Of a stretch of DNA of 64,000 nt, positions 49,301 through 58,806 are shown piece after piece. Each line of letters opens with the position of its first letter. The stretch's first letter is position 1. Position numbers and translations under genes: made by a program. The notes under the pieces are model-generated. The model was not told the DNA's origin. It worked only from the letters and a program-made list of their open reading frames with translations, and did no database searches. The DNA comes from Pelagomonas calceolata (taxonomy: Eukaryota), in assembly GCA_918797485.1 (NCBI GenBank), contig CAKKNE010000005.1, positions 2,728,001 to 2,792,000 on the forward strand, in the 5' to 3' direction.

Positions 49301-51467
49301 GCAGTTCCACGACGTTGTGGCGCCGCTGGGCTCTGCTTGGTTCTAACAAGTAAAACATTTCTTCGCACGTCGCGCGGTCCCGCGGGTCCTTCTCCAGAGC
49401 GCATCTCAGACAGTTCTTCAACTCTATTCCGAAGCGTGCCGGTATTTGTTTGATGGTCTTGTCTAGGGGGACGTCCTTCAGCGCTAGACAATCATTTCTC
49501 ACGAATAAGGCGTCTCCTATATATATAGTAGAACCTTCCTCTAGTAAATAAGTAGCACATACGCCGTCTCTATCCGCCTTGAAAGGTACTATTTTCTCCT
49601 CCGTCTCTACCTCACAAAGGATATCACCTGCCTCATAAGCACAACCCTGCTCGATACAGTACCTTACGAAGATACTTTCTTCCTGGGTTGGCGTCAGTCG
49701 AGGCAATACAACGTCTTCCTGCAACGATAACTTGATACGTGTTGATAATTCAAACAGTAAACAACCCAGTAACCAAGCATCTGATCTAGAACCAAGCAGC
49801 GTGAAGCCCTCGGGGGGCTCGTAGCCCTCGGGGCACCAGTCAGGTCTAGCTATGCGTTCCAGCGGCTTTTTCGAGGACGCCTTGGACATCAGAGACGGTT
49901 GACTATCGAAGGACGCCCGCGTTTGTATGCTACCGACGGTCTTGCTACAAGTGACTGTACTATCGCCGTCAGATTCGTATTCGAGAAATGAGTCCTCGCC
50001 CTTGCTCAAAGCTTCCTGCGCCAGTCGTACTTTCTCTAATTGATTTTCGGCGAAGGAGAGCAACGGATCCTTCTCGTGGCGCGGCGTGCACCTTTCGAGG
50101 TCCTTGAGGTACGCATCATAGCAGGTCTCCGGCTTGAGGGGCATTTCCAGGGGCGCCTCCTCTTCTTCAACTTCGATGATAGGGTTATTCCTCGCTTCCT
50201 CCCTCGCCTTGAACTTCGCAGCAAATCCTCCGGACGCCGCCCGCTCTTGCAATGAGGTCCCGATCACTTTTTCTTTGACGGGTTCCTTTGATTGTCGAAT
50301 ACGTTCCTCGCGCTGCTTCTGTTCGTATTTCCTGCGTAGTTCCAGATCCTCCTCGTACTCCTTCATCAGCTTTTTATAGCGTCTTTCGTCGGCCGGCCAC
50401 GGACCGCGCTTCGAGAGCTGGACCATGTTTGGCGTGGGCCCGTTGAAGACGTGGCCTCCTCTATGTATTGAGACTAGTGCTGCTGCTAATGAAGTGGCCC
50501 AGAGGTGGACCTCCCTTTCTTGAATACGGCGCTTGTGTTGTAAACGCGTCGAGAGTAAACCGCCCTCGACCCACTCCCGCACCAAGGCGCAGTCCATGGC
50601 CGGCTCCGGCGGCGCGGCGGCCTCGGGCGGGGCTGGTGCTGGTGCTGATGATGGCCCTGGTGCGGGCGCGGGCGCCGGCGCCGGGGCCGGGGCCGGCGCG
50701 GCGGCGTAGTCGAACGGCGCCAACGGCCCGGCCTTCGACGGCACGTAGCCCCGCAGCTTAAACAGCCCGCCGTGTTCGAGGAGGCAGACCTCGTTCAGAA
50801 AATCTAATGAAGTGCACGGCCGCAGCGGCACGGGCGGCTCGCCCAACCTTAACGCGGCGCAGTGCGGCAGCGCCGTCCGCATCAACGCGTCGACGTCCTC
50901 GAAGAAGACTACCGTAATAACTTCGGGCGCGGCGGCCTCCGCGGCGCGCTTCGCTGCCTCCGCGTCGCGCCGCTTGTGCCGCGGCACGGGCTCCTCGCCA
51001 GGAGCTGTTTTTGGCCTCTCCAGGACGGCCTTGTGGCGGTTGTACGCGAAGACCGTCCTTAACTCGTCGGGACCGAGCGGGTAGCGGCATAATAAGCGGC
51101 GGTCGCTTTGCTTTTGTTGCAATTCCCGTCGTAGGCAACCCGCGAAGGACTTGCCCCGCAGCAGAGCTAGGGCACCGACGCATCTCCTATCAATCTTCTC
51201 GAGGAGCTCCGGGCCCCACCGCGCCAGGCCTAATTCATCAAGTTCCGCGATGCGGTCGGCCGTGTCCTGTGCGTTTTCGGCCTCGGCCTCGGAGGCCGTG
51301 TCCGAGAGGTCGCTCTCGTCCTCTTCGCGCGAGGCGCGGCTCCGCGTCGACGTGCGCGACATGGTCTCCGCTCCTTTCTGCGGCGTCGAGGCGCGCGAGG
51401 CGCGGGAGCCCGGCCTTTTCTGCGGCGTCGACGCGCGCGACGCGCGGGAGCCTGGCCGCGACGGCAT
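46365..51467 (-). CDS. Large pseudokinase / lipoyl-like domain / coiled coil / IQ / FN3 protein
   Basis: Kinase-like LVREWVEGGLL, SDAWLLGCLLFEL, LEKDPRDRAT; IQ-like KIASVARGRQTR; FN3 WVPPHDNGAPIKGYRVE..YWYRIVCHNKVG. Confidence 0.75.
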   Translation of the reverse strand: MPSRPGSRASRASTPQKRPGSRASRASTPQKGAETMSRTSTRSRASREEDESDLSDTASEAEAENAQDTADRIAELDELGLARWGPELLEKIDRRCVGALALLRGKSFAGCLRRELQQKQSDRRLLCRYPLGPDELRTVFAYNRHKAVLERPKTAPGEEPVPRHKRRDAEAAKRAAEAAAPEVITVVFFEDVDALMRTALPHCAALRLGEPPVPLRPCTSLDFLNEVCLLEHGGLFKLRGYVPSKAGPLAPFDYAAAPAPAPAPAPAPAPGPSSAPAPAPPEAAAPPEPAMDCALVREWVEGGLLSTRLQHKRRIQEREVHLWATSLAAALVSIHRGGHVFNGPTPNMVQLSKRGPWPADERRYKKLMKEYEEDLELRRKYEQKQREERIRQSKEPVKEKVIGTSLQERAASGGFAAKFKAREEARNNPIIEVEEEEAPLEMPLKPETCYDAYLKDLERCTPRHEKDPLLSFAENQLEKVRLAQEALSKGEDSFLEYESDGDSTVTCSKTVGSIQTRASFDSQPSLMSKASSKKPLERIARPDWCPEGYEPPEGFTLLGSRSDAWLLGCLLFELSTRIKLSLQEDVVLPRLTPTQEESIFVRYCIEQGCAYEAGDILCEVETEEKIVPFKADRDGVCATYLLEEGSTIYIGDALFVRNDCLALKDVPLDKTIKQIPARFGIELKNCLRCALEKDPRDRATCEEMFYLLEPSRAQRRHNVVELRPKIAQLLDLGTGGYEEEALPLAGRIDREEAEKERLRVAEEEAQKRREEEELRKQDPENTPEVVQKPKVKLISALLAARFTSRATGEDDGGDLEESELTEAQRMKRRRAEFEASLSPEALQGWKRALARVEKANRKKWYDNLPGVRRRRIDRRRERRLRVREYRRKIKIARRAALMNFWPVDDVVKWAKLACRRAVDCEALSLVNRDGWYQLKLQRDKERAAAERARNRRARHRKLAAAKAGEAVEEEEEEEEVEEEVVDNKKDDRKSIMGRQVIPPSETLRLTQQIEEARRTRDDRRRRLRKAITDNYAERKLENYALAAAAAVDLVWLDHAALRYCEPLGQCLVDKNVSGKKLHFAMQRAAENAERGIKRLSAKGTLDDEASCRQALGVAAVTRSEALKDVLTETVILAEKMRPPPKQKKEDSSSSDSDSDDDANKVHPEAHEERDRQAFILAVVLYAAFHETKTKALPARVDASTKIASVARGRQTRAVIKEIWRQADVLADDELRADAAAKAALAAEEARRPKPLPPPPPPLETMQFGARYAVLGLGHVLRKVGERAAQATKGRSDDPLSQTKAEPMSIMGWKGSDPPVDDSTCPHVLYFELGPLEDDEPGVEYPIIEDKEDPLAARIDDLKPATTYLAILKMTPRTRRRMVRACGRGVAGCVEIKFLDVTPARWRASDSLVDFHTQEGATRCLPPEEDDENLQTRCVSFRTLPDVPEPPRPPKVRASRFRGAADLANLIAPYGTAKDPLGAMGAAVRPPQENTVAVKIVWVPPHDNGAPIKGYRVERAKVFRKNNRAPIAEANWTQVRALKHDERDITDVPPTNHRLYWYRIVCHNKVGVSDPGVASKIDLTDEATEVHPNLRPLSLVEAPAPAPSLLEAPSTLLEASVASRPSKLLAVEAVASLLEAPEAAAPPTPAPEAPDVIPSPRPLPKLKRPKKRSEPTGGVLDGGVFFTPLKTAKPLPRSKVKSTFR
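47229..47315 (-). mobile_element. Introner-type intron, 87 nt, in frame
   Basis: On the coding strand GTAGCTGG, then CTGTGTAGAAATCAA...CTCACTGGTTGATTTCCACACACAG. Confidence 0.82.
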
Positions 51468-51682
51468 GGCCTCCAGCTCCGCTCCGAGGAGCTCTGTTCC
51501 CGCAGGCCTGGACTACGGCAGCATCGGTGCTGCCTCCCGCCCTTTTATCACACCATCGGGCTGCCTCTCGTGGCTGGCTGGAGCGCCGAGCGCTGCCGAG
51601 CGCTGCAAAAATGAAAAAAAACGCACGGGTTTTGGCCGATACGTCTCGAGGACCACGAAACAGGACTACAAGCCAGGCATAC

Positions 51683-52705
51683 TTATCTGGGCGTAGCCGT
51701 CCGCACGCGCGCGACGTACTCGAAGTGCTTCATGCGGCGCCCCGCGACCTGCACGTTCACGGCGCGGATGCGCGCGTCGCTGTCGAGCTCCCGGATCACG
51801 ATCGCCCACGCTTTTAAAGCAGCGCGCCGCTTGGCGCCCGCGAGCGGCCAGCGCGCGCGAATGAGAGCATCTCGCAAATGGTCGCACGGGACGCGCGCGC
51901 GCGACCCGGGCAGCCGCCGCGCGTCCTCCAGCGCCGCGACCGCCGCCTCCAGCAGGTCCTCGGCTAAAGCGCGCCTTTCAATAAGCGTCTGGACGCGCTT
52001 ATAAATAGACGCCGCGGCGACGCCGAAGCCGACGATCGCTATGTAAACGCGCGGCTGCGCTAATGTAGAGCGGACCTCGGCGACGCCCTCCAGCGCGGCC
52101 GCCGCCGCGTCGCTGACGATGCGCGCGACGATCGCGAGCAGCGATATAGCGAGCGCCGCCATGATTCCAAAAAGCGCCGCCTGGTTGTCGCGCGGCGCCT
52201 TCGCGTCGCCCCGCTGCGCCGCGCGCGCGTCGTCGTCCGAGTCCTCGAAGGTCGTCAGGCCCCCGGGGTAGACGAGCTCGTCCGCGAGGCCCTCGGACTC
52301 GCGCCGCCGCGCGCGCGCCGCGGCCGCCGCGTCGGCGTCCTCCACGACATCGTCCACGTCGTCCACGTCGTCTACATTGTCCACGTCGTCCAGTGAACCA
52401 GTGAGCCAGCCCTGGCTCTGGGCGAAATTGCGCGCGCGCGACCGCGGCGACTCGGCCGGCGCCGGCTGGGCGGGCGCCGGCGCCGGCGCCGCAGCGGCGG
52501 CGGCCCGCAGGCCGTCGCGGTAGGCGCGCGCGCGGCTCCGCGACGCCCGGTACTCGTTCGTCCTCCTCACTCGCTCCTCGGCCGTCGGCGGGCTCGCGAG
52601 CCGCGGGTGGCTCGCGCGGCCCCGCTGGCTCGGGCTCCGCGGGCTCGACGTGGTGCGGCGCGTCGGCGGCCGGCCATCGGTGGAGCGGCGGGTGCGCGGC
52701 GGCAT
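51683..52705 (-). CDS. MAN1/LEM2/Src1-like inner nuclear membrane protein (MSC domain)
   Basis: Two TM segments, then VPCDHLRD..W..V...LDSDARIR...AG...FEY. Confidence 0.65.
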   Translation of the reverse strand: MPPRTRRSTDGRPPTRRTTSSPRSPSQRGRASHPRLASPPTAEERVRRTNEYRASRSRARAYRDGLRAAAAAAPAPAPAQPAPAESPRSRARNFAQSQGWLTGSLDDVDNVDDVDDVDDVVEDADAAAAARARRRESEGLADELVYPGGLTTFEDSDDDARAAQRGDAKAPRDNQAALFGIMAALAISLLAIVARIVSDAAAAALEGVAEVRSTLAQPRVYIAIVGFGVAAASIYKRVQTLIERRALAEDLLEAAVAALEDARRLPGSRARVPCDHLRDALIRARWPLAGAKRRAALKAWAIVIRELDSDARIRAVNVQVAGRRMKHFEYVARVRTATPR

Positions 52706-52884
52706 TTTTGCAGTGGCCCTTGTGTCTTGTGTGAGAGCTAATATGTGCCAAAGTCGGCTCGGCTTGGTCGAAATCGCTTGTACTCGCTGCGCGGCAACTT
52801 TAGTGTTCCGGAAACAAAAAGCGGACGCGACCGGATGAGCTCTACGACGATGCTTACAGCTCCTGCACCGTCCTGCTTTGCTTG

Positions 52885-52907
52885 CTAGTGTCTTTACAGG
52901 CCGCTAG
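52885..52907 (+). promoter_or_regulatory. CTAG element with 1-nt insertion
   Basis: CTAGTGTCTTTACAGGCCGCTAG between divergent genes. Confidence 0.7.
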
Positions 52908-53023
52908 CTCGGCGCGGGCTTGCTTGCTCCGAGTTCACCAAGAGCGCGCACAGGCTGCCCCAGGACCCTCACGAGTCTCAACACCACTCTCCGAGGTCGC
53001 CAGCCTTAGCCAATCAATCAGTC

Positions 53024-54541
53024 ATGTCCAGGCGCCGCTGGGACGACAGGCCACCCGCCGAGGTGTGCCCTCCCTTCCCCTTCCTGCGCCTGCTGCCGGA
53101 GATGCGGCGCGAGGTGCTCAAATTCGTCGTGAGCGTGTCGCCGAATCATGGCGCGCGGTTCTTTGTGCGGCAGGCGCGTGAAGAACACCCACGCGACCTG
53201 ATCGATACATATCATCGCCCCCTCGAGGGCATGGACCACCTCCGCGCGGGAAGCGCTACGTGCACGCACTGGAGCACAAGTTCGTGCCTGACGACCGTCA
53301 TGCACCACACCCGCACGACGCGCACGGTCTGCTCGGCGATCCGAGGTGATATAGAGGCGCTGGAGGCGCCGCGGTCTCCGCTCGCGACGCCCCGCGTGTG
53401 GCTCTCGCACCTGTACGAGGTACCATCCGCGGCGGTGCGAGACATGAGTGGCCAGCAAGTGCTACGAGAGCTCCGCAAGCGCTCGCTTGCCGGTCGGCGC
53501 GCAAACCTTGTCGCCGAAATGCAATGGCGTCAAGACAAGCTCGTTGACGTAAATGGATCGCAGATGGAACGCGCGAAAATGGCTTCCGGAAAAAGGAATG
53601 CAGATCGACCGCGCAATTCCTACGAGCTTGTCGCGAAATGCCCTGCCTCGTGGAGCAAAAAACGAAAAGAAGCTGCGCTCGAGCTCGCACGCAACGCAAA
53701 GTTCAACTCATTTCGCACCCACTCCTCGTGGGCTCTTACCAAGGTTCGTACCCACGAGGAGCGTCACGCCGTCGCCCCCATCGACGCGTCGCTCCTAAGC
53801 TCGCTGGAGGCCTCGGCGTACGAGTCATTCTTGAGTTCACTCCGGCAGCAGACATGGACGGGATATGCGGAGTCTGTCACGCTCACGTACCAGAACAGAA
53901 CAAGCGACGGTGAAAGCGTGCCGGAACCGACTCCAGACGTCATCGACGAGGTCGGCCGCCGCGTCGCCGCCTTCTTCGGCACGACGACCATGGCTCAGCA
54001 ATCATGGATACAGCAATGGACTAACAAGGTGCACAACGACGAAGAGATGACCTGGGAACAGTACGAGGACGAATGCGAGTACTGGGAGGGGTACGAGGAT
54101 GACCCGGAGTACAAGGGCGAGCTCGACGACTACCACGACGCGGACCGGCCGCCCCTCACCCGATGGCAAGACGTCTTTACGATGGTTCGATCCAGGTCGC
54201 TCCGGGATGATGGAACCGAGCTAGCCCTCACGCGCGATCGATCACGAAATCCTAAGCTGCCAGTGGCAAAGATCGTTGCGACAGTTCACACTCTGCAAAT
54301 GCCGGCTGAAGAAAATGCCAGAGATAGACGTCGATGCATACTTTTCTCGGACGTCCGGTGCCTCGGTGGTCAAGGTCCGGTGATGCATCCCGAGGCTATG
54401 TCCAATTTTCATATTGGCGAACATCCTTGGTTCTCGCATAATCGCGATTCGTATCTGAACTCCGGCAAGCTGACGGTGTACTGGCGCGATATCTCGCAGT
54501 TCGGGCTCGAGATTGAAATCGCCTTCCCAGCCATCTCCTAG
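53024..54541 (+). CDS. Hypothetical protein with F-box-like N-terminus
   Basis: PFPFLRLLPEMRREVLKF; 505-aa ORF. Confidence 0.55.
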   Translation: MSRRRWDDRPPAEVCPPFPFLRLLPEMRREVLKFVVSVSPNHGARFFVRQAREEHPRDLIDTYHRPLEGMDHLRAGSATCTHWSTSSCLTTVMHHTRTTRTVCSAIRGDIEALEAPRSPLATPRVWLSHLYEVPSAAVRDMSGQQVLRELRKRSLAGRRANLVAEMQWRQDKLVDVNGSQMERAKMASGKRNADRPRNSYELVAKCPASWSKKRKEAALELARNAKFNSFRTHSSWALTKVRTHEERHAVAPIDASLLSSLEASAYESFLSSLRQQTWTGYAESVTLTYQNRTSDGESVPEPTPDVIDEVGRRVAAFFGTTTMAQQSWIQQWTNKVHNDEEMTWEQYEDECEYWEGYEDDPEYKGELDDYHDADRPPLTRWQDVFTMVRSRSLRDDGTELALTRDRSRNPKLPVAKIVATVHTLQMPAEENARDRRRCILFSDVRCLGGQGPVMHPEAMSNFHIGEHPWFSHNRDSYLNSGKLTVYWRDISQFGLEIEIAFPAIS

Positions 54542-54628
54542 GACTCTTCTATAGTTTGTTCATATTAACAGGAGCTTTGCGCAAGAGAGAGGGGAAGCGA
54601 TAGAGCGTTCGAGACGCTCTCGCGTTGC

Positions 54629-55816
54629 TCACGCGGCGGCGACGTCGGCTAGCGGCGGGCACACCGTCCCCCAGCCGAAGGGGTCCGGCTTTTCGCCGAA
54701 TTGAATCGCTCGGTAGTGGTTGTAGAGCGCCTCGACGCGCTCTATGCTCTCGTACCGGTGCACGGTGTTTTGATTAGTGATGCTTTTCACGCCCATCATC
54801 ACCACCGCGGTCCCACACCCGGCCACCTCGCGGAAGTCTCCTAGTTCGGCCACGTCCACCGGCCGTCGCTCGACCTTCATGCCGAACGCGTCCGACGCCG
54901 CGAGGTCCATGAGCATGTCATTTGTCGCACTCCTAAGAATGGTAGGCGAGTCGGGCGTCACGTACGTGTTATCCTTGATGCCGATGAAGTTCGACACGCT
55001 GAACTCTTCGATATATCGTTTTTCTTTGGGGTCGAGGTATAGCACCGTAGGGTAGCCCTCCGCTCTCGCGTCGATGGACACGCGGATATCCGAGCCGTAG
55101 TTGCCCGAGGCCTTGACGTGGCCCACGCCCTGCGGGGCGGCTCGATCCGCGTCGTGTGCGACTAGCACATCAATCGGCTGGAGGCCGCCCGCGTAGTATG
55201 AGGACACGGGCATCGCGAGGACACAAAAGTGGAATTGCGGCGCCGCCGACAAGCCTAACTGCGGCCCATGCCCAAAAATGTAGGGCCGCAGGTACAAAGC
55301 CCCGCCCGTGCCGTAGGGCGGGATATACGCCCGATTCGCGGCGACGCACCACTCGCACGCCCGGATAAACATCTCCGGCGGCACGGCGGGCATCATCATC
55401 CTTTCACAACCCTCCAACATCCGATGGGCGTTCGCCTGGATGTTCCACAGCCGCACGGAGCCGTCTTTGCAGTGGTGGGCCTTCGCGCCTTCGTAGACGC
55501 CCTGGCCGTAGTGGATCGCCGCGCTCATCACATGTAGTTTGAGGAAGGGCTCGGGCTCCCACTCGCCGTCGTCCCACTTGCCGTTGACCCACGTGTGCTT
55601 CACAAACCCATTCGTCTTCTGGAAGTCAAACCCTAAACGCGGCCAGTCGAGGCTCGCGGCGCCGACGTCGTCGAGGCCGTGCTGCGGCGGCGTCGTCGCG
55701 AAGGTCCGTGCCGGTGCCGTCGCGCGGCGCGTCTGGAGGCAGCGCGCCGCCGCCGCTCTCCGTCGCGCGGCGGCCCAGACGGACCGCCAGCGTATGCGCG
55801 TGGGGAAAACGGACAT
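54629..55816 (-). CDS. ilvE: Branched-chain amino acid aminotransferase
   Basis: HYGQGVYEGAKA, LYLRP, KASGNYG (PLP lysine), EEFSVSNF, GCGTAVV. Confidence 0.95.
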   Translation of the reverse strand: MSVFPTRIRWRSVWAAARRRAAAARCLQTRRATAPARTFATTPPQHGLDDVGAASLDWPRLGFDFQKTNGFVKHTWVNGKWDDGEWEPEPFLKLHVMSAAIHYGQGVYEGAKAHHCKDGSVRLWNIQANAHRMLEGCERMMMPAVPPEMFIRACEWCVAANRAYIPPYGTGGALYLRPYIFGHGPQLGLSAAPQFHFCVLAMPVSSYYAGGLQPIDVLVAHDADRAAPQGVGHVKASGNYGSDIRVSIDARAEGYPTVLYLDPKEKRYIEEFSVSNFIGIKDNTYVTPDSPTILRSATNDMLMDLAASDAFGMKVERRPVDVAELGDFREVAGCGTAVVMMGVKSITNQNTVHRYESIERVEALYNHYRAIQFGEKPDPFGWGTVCPPLADVAAA

Positions 55817-55942
55817 GTGTGCGATTGGTGCAGTGCCAAACTGCCTCTCTGCAGTGCCAAACTGCCTCTCTGGTGCCGCGAGCGGCGCAACCCTGCGGAC
55901 AGAGGCGTCACTCTTGCAGCCTGGGAGGCGATTGTTGCTGTG

Positions 55943-55965
55943 CTAGTGTGTGTCCTCCACGCTAG
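55943..55965 (+). promoter_or_regulatory. Degenerate CTAG element
   Basis: CTAGTGTGTGTCCTCCACGCTAG (arms intact, 11-nt spacer) between divergent genes. Confidence 0.5.
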
Positions 55966-56178
55966 CAATAGTCCTCCACACTCCCGGAGAGCTCCTCGCA
56001 GGCTGCCGCCTCCCCGAGACTTTCGCCTCGCAGCTCGACGACGACGGCTGGCCTAACGCAACGAGAGCGCCGACAATTGGAGCCGCCGCGCACGCCATCG
56101 GCGCGAGGGCAGCTTCCGGGCACATCTCCTGCACGACGCGAGACTGACCGCACGCCGCCGCCGCGGCCAACGGGCAGC

Positions 56179-57588
56179 ATGGCCGAAGCCAAGGAAGATG
56201 AGGGGGCAGCCCCCCCAGCCGAGTCCAAGATCAGTGAGGAGGAGCTCGCCGCCGTCGAGGAGCTAGCGGCAGCACATAAGTGGGTTTTAGGAGATGTCTT
56301 CACGAAGCAAGAGCTCGCGCAGCACGGCGTACGAACCGACGCGGCCGTCTGTGCGGTCCTACAACGATCTCCGTTCTTCGAGTTCTTCGCCCTACCGCCA
56401 CCGGAGGAGGCCAAGGTTGATCCGAACGAAGAGCAGTTCGACCCTGACCAAGTGGAACCCTTGAACGCCTTCAATTTCACGAGCGGCGACCTGAAGCTTA
56501 TGCTTGACGAAAGAGGCGTAGCTCCCAAGGGCTTCTTCAATGACGACGCTCGGACCTTACAAAAGCTCTTGGACGACGAGCATGCGACAAGAATAGCCGA
56601 GCTGCGGGCCGAGTTCAACGCGAGAGTCGCGAAAAAGAGACAAACGGAGTTCAGGCACAAGCACCGGCTGCAAGTCGTCAAAGGTATAAGGGAGGAGGCC
56701 GACGTCATTGTAGATGCGGGCGAGGACGGGGATTTGACGCAGCGATTGATGGAGCTCCATGAGCAGGCGCCTCAAGTGTTGAGTATTGCCGATGTGCTCA
56801 GAGCGTCACCAAATCCATCCGCGGCGGGTCGGTGCCTGGCCAAGGTGCTTTATAGTCGTGTTACTTCCATAATATCGTTGGATCTCAGTCGTGCTCGCTT
56901 GGATGATACGGCTTGCGCGTATGTGGCGCGAGCTTGTAGGGCGCCGGGCTCGGTCCTAGCTTCCTTGGATCTCGAGGGGAATGAGGCCGGTCCTAAAGCC
57001 TGTGAACAGTTAGCGGAGACCATTGCTCAAACTTCGTTGAAGGCGCTGAGCCTCGAGGGCAATAATCTAACGCAAGGTGGTGAAGACGGTTTCAAGGAAC
57101 TGTGTAGAGGGCTACGCTCCTCGTCATTAACGCGGCTGTCGCTGTGGCGGTGTAACCTGCCTCAATCATGCGGCCCATCGCTGGCCGAGGGCGTCGGTCC
57201 TTCACTCTTTCTCCTCGAGACTGGAGGGAATCTATTTCTTGAGAGAGATTTAGATGACATCGAGGATCGACTGCGGGCGAACCGTAATGATAGAGATCAG
57301 AAAGCGGAAGAAGCGCGGCTGCTGCGACGGCGGACGCGGAAAGAGCAAAAAGCCAAAGCTGCCGCCGATGCGTTGGCCGCAAAGCAACGCGACGTCGAGG
57401 AGTTCCTGGCGCGGCGCAAGCAGGAGCGCGCCGAAAAACGGGAGCAGGAGGCGAAGGAGAAGGCCGAGGCCGAGGCCCAGGCTCTGCTGGAGCGCGAGGC
57501 GCGCGAGAAGCAGCGTTTAAAGGAGGCCGCTTCGGGCAAGAAGGGCAAAAAGGGCAAGAAGGGGAAAAAGGGTAAGAAGAAGAAGTAG
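56179..57588 (+). CDS. RNI-like leucine-rich repeat protein with coiled-coil and Lys-rich tail
   Basis: IISLDLSRARL, LASLDLEGNEAG, LKALSLEGNNL, LTRLSLWRCNL. Confidence 0.8.
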   Translation: MAEAKEDEGAAPPAESKISEEELAAVEELAAAHKWVLGDVFTKQELAQHGVRTDAAVCAVLQRSPFFEFFALPPPEEAKVDPNEEQFDPDQVEPLNAFNFTSGDLKLMLDERGVAPKGFFNDDARTLQKLLDDEHATRIAELRAEFNARVAKKRQTEFRHKHRLQVVKGIREEADVIVDAGEDGDLTQRLMELHEQAPQVLSIADVLRASPNPSAAGRCLAKVLYSRVTSIISLDLSRARLDDTACAYVARACRAPGSVLASLDLEGNEAGPKACEQLAETIAQTSLKALSLEGNNLTQGGEDGFKELCRGLRSSSLTRLSLWRCNLPQSCGPSLAEGVGPSLFLLETGGNLFLERDLDDIEDRLRANRNDRDQKAEEARLLRRRTRKEQKAKAAADALAAKQRDVEEFLARRKQERAEKREQEAKEKAEAEAQALLEREAREKQRLKEAASGKKGKKGKKGKKGKKKK

Positions 57589-57704
57589 CCTATATCATCG
57601 CGCCGGCGGCGCCGGGAGTGAGCCTGGAGGGCATCTTGGGGTTTCGGGAGAGTGGGGGGCGCTCGTAGGGACTTTCATGTTACGGTGCCCCGACACGGAG
57701 TAAT

Positions 57705-57726
57705 TGTTACGGTGCTAGGACTAGTG
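57705..57726 (+). repeat. Second 22-bp intergenic repeat (copy 2; 11-bp partial copy at 57678-57688)
   Basis: Identical to 12023-12044. Confidence 0.75.
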
Positions 57727-57807
57727 CGACCCACAAAAGGCTCAGGCTAGTTACGTCGCGGGGTCCCCCGTACCCCTCCCGCTCCCCCCGGGCCCACCAA
57801 AAGATTT

Positions 57808-57827
57808 CTAGTGTCTCTCGCCGCTAG
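57808..57827 (+). promoter_or_regulatory. Shortened CTAG element
   Basis: CTAGTGTCTCTCGCCGCTAG, 197 bp before ATG 58024. Confidence 0.55.
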
Positions 57828-58023
57828 CTTAACTCGCCGCGCGCCTACCAGCCGCCGCGCTCGTCGTACACAGCTTCTGTGCACGCGCCGCTGTGCCCAC
57901 ACGTCCTTCGTGTAGCCACAGATCCGCCCGCGCCGCTCAGCGCTGTCTCGCAGTGCCTCCGCGAGCCGCCACCAATTTGGACGACCAGAGGGTCCTCGCC
58001 GCGCAGCGCGCGCCTAGTACAAA

Positions 58024-58806
58024 ATGGCCTCGACGGGCGCCGGCTACGACCTGAGCCCGACGACCTTCTCGCCGGACGGTAGAATATTTCAAGTAGAATA
58101 TGCCACAAAAGCGGTGGAGAACTCGGGCACCGTCGTTGGTATTAGGTGTGCTGATGGTGTAGTTTTAGGAGTGGAGAAGGTCATGTTGAGCAAGATGCTC
58201 CTACCGTCATCAAATAGAAGAGTGGCCGCCGTAGCCCCACATGCCGGCGTGGCCCAGGCCGGAAGTACGGCGGACGGCCGCCAGGTCGTCGCGCGCGCGA
58301 GGGACGAGTGCGACTCGTATGATGACACTTATGGTATTGAGATCCCGCCTTCCGTATTAGCGCAGCGGCTCGCGGAGTACGTGCACTATTTCACGATCCA
58401 TGGAGCATTGAGACCCTTCGGCGCGTCGACGATGATCGCCGCCTACGACGCGCGGAAGAAGACCCACGAGTTGTATGTCCTGGAGCCTACCGGAGTGTGT
58501 CTGCGCTATTTTGGGGCCGCCCTCGGCAAGGGCCGCCAGTCGGCCAAGAGCGAGATCGAGAAGCTCGACCTGACGAAGCTCACGTGCAGAGAAGCCCTGA
58601 AGGAGATCGCCAAGATGATTCATACGACGCACGACGACGCCAAGGACAAGCCCTTCATTCTGGAGTTCGCCTGGCTCTGCGAGGAGACGGAGTGGAAGTA
58701 CGGCCTCGTGCCCCAGGATCTTATCGACGAGGCGGACGCGTGGGCGAAGAAGGAGCTCGAGAGCGACGACGAGGACGACGACGGCGACGAGGAGATGGCG
58801 TCCTAG
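58024..58806 (+). CDS. PSMA3: 20S proteasome subunit alpha-7 (alpha type 3)
   Basis: MASTGAGYDLSPTTFSPDGRIFQVEYA, RPFG, GKGRQSAKSEIEKL, HDDAKDKPF, acidic tail. Confidence 0.96.
   Translation: MASTGAGYDLSPTTFSPDGRIFQVEYATKAVENSGTVVGIRCADGVVLGVEKVMLSKMLLPSSNRRVAAVAPHAGVAQAGSTADGRQVVARARDECDSYDDTYGIEIPPSVLAQRLAEYVHYFTIHGALRPFGASTMIAAYDARKKTHELYVLEPTGVCLRYFGAALGKGRQSAKSEIEKLDLTKLTCREALKEIAKMIHTTHDDAKDKPFILEFAWLCEETEWKYGLVPQDLIDEADAWAKKELESDDEDDDGDEEMAS

Noticed and set aside
3556..55816. Acetyl-CoA metabolic gene cluster (ACLY, PDH E1, BCAT, lipoyl-like domain)
   Set aside because: The genes are separated by many unrelated loci and predicted in different compartments; this is expected by chance in a gene-dense genome.
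55829..55870. 21-bp tandem duplication upstream of BCAT; also TGCCAGAGA x3 near 3194-3220
   Set aside because: Isolated local slippage with no supporting context.
57610..57690. Minus-strand GAAAGTCCC...GGCTCACT resembling RNase MRP conserved regions
   Set aside because: The two motifs are only about 50 nt apart, far too close for the RNA fold.
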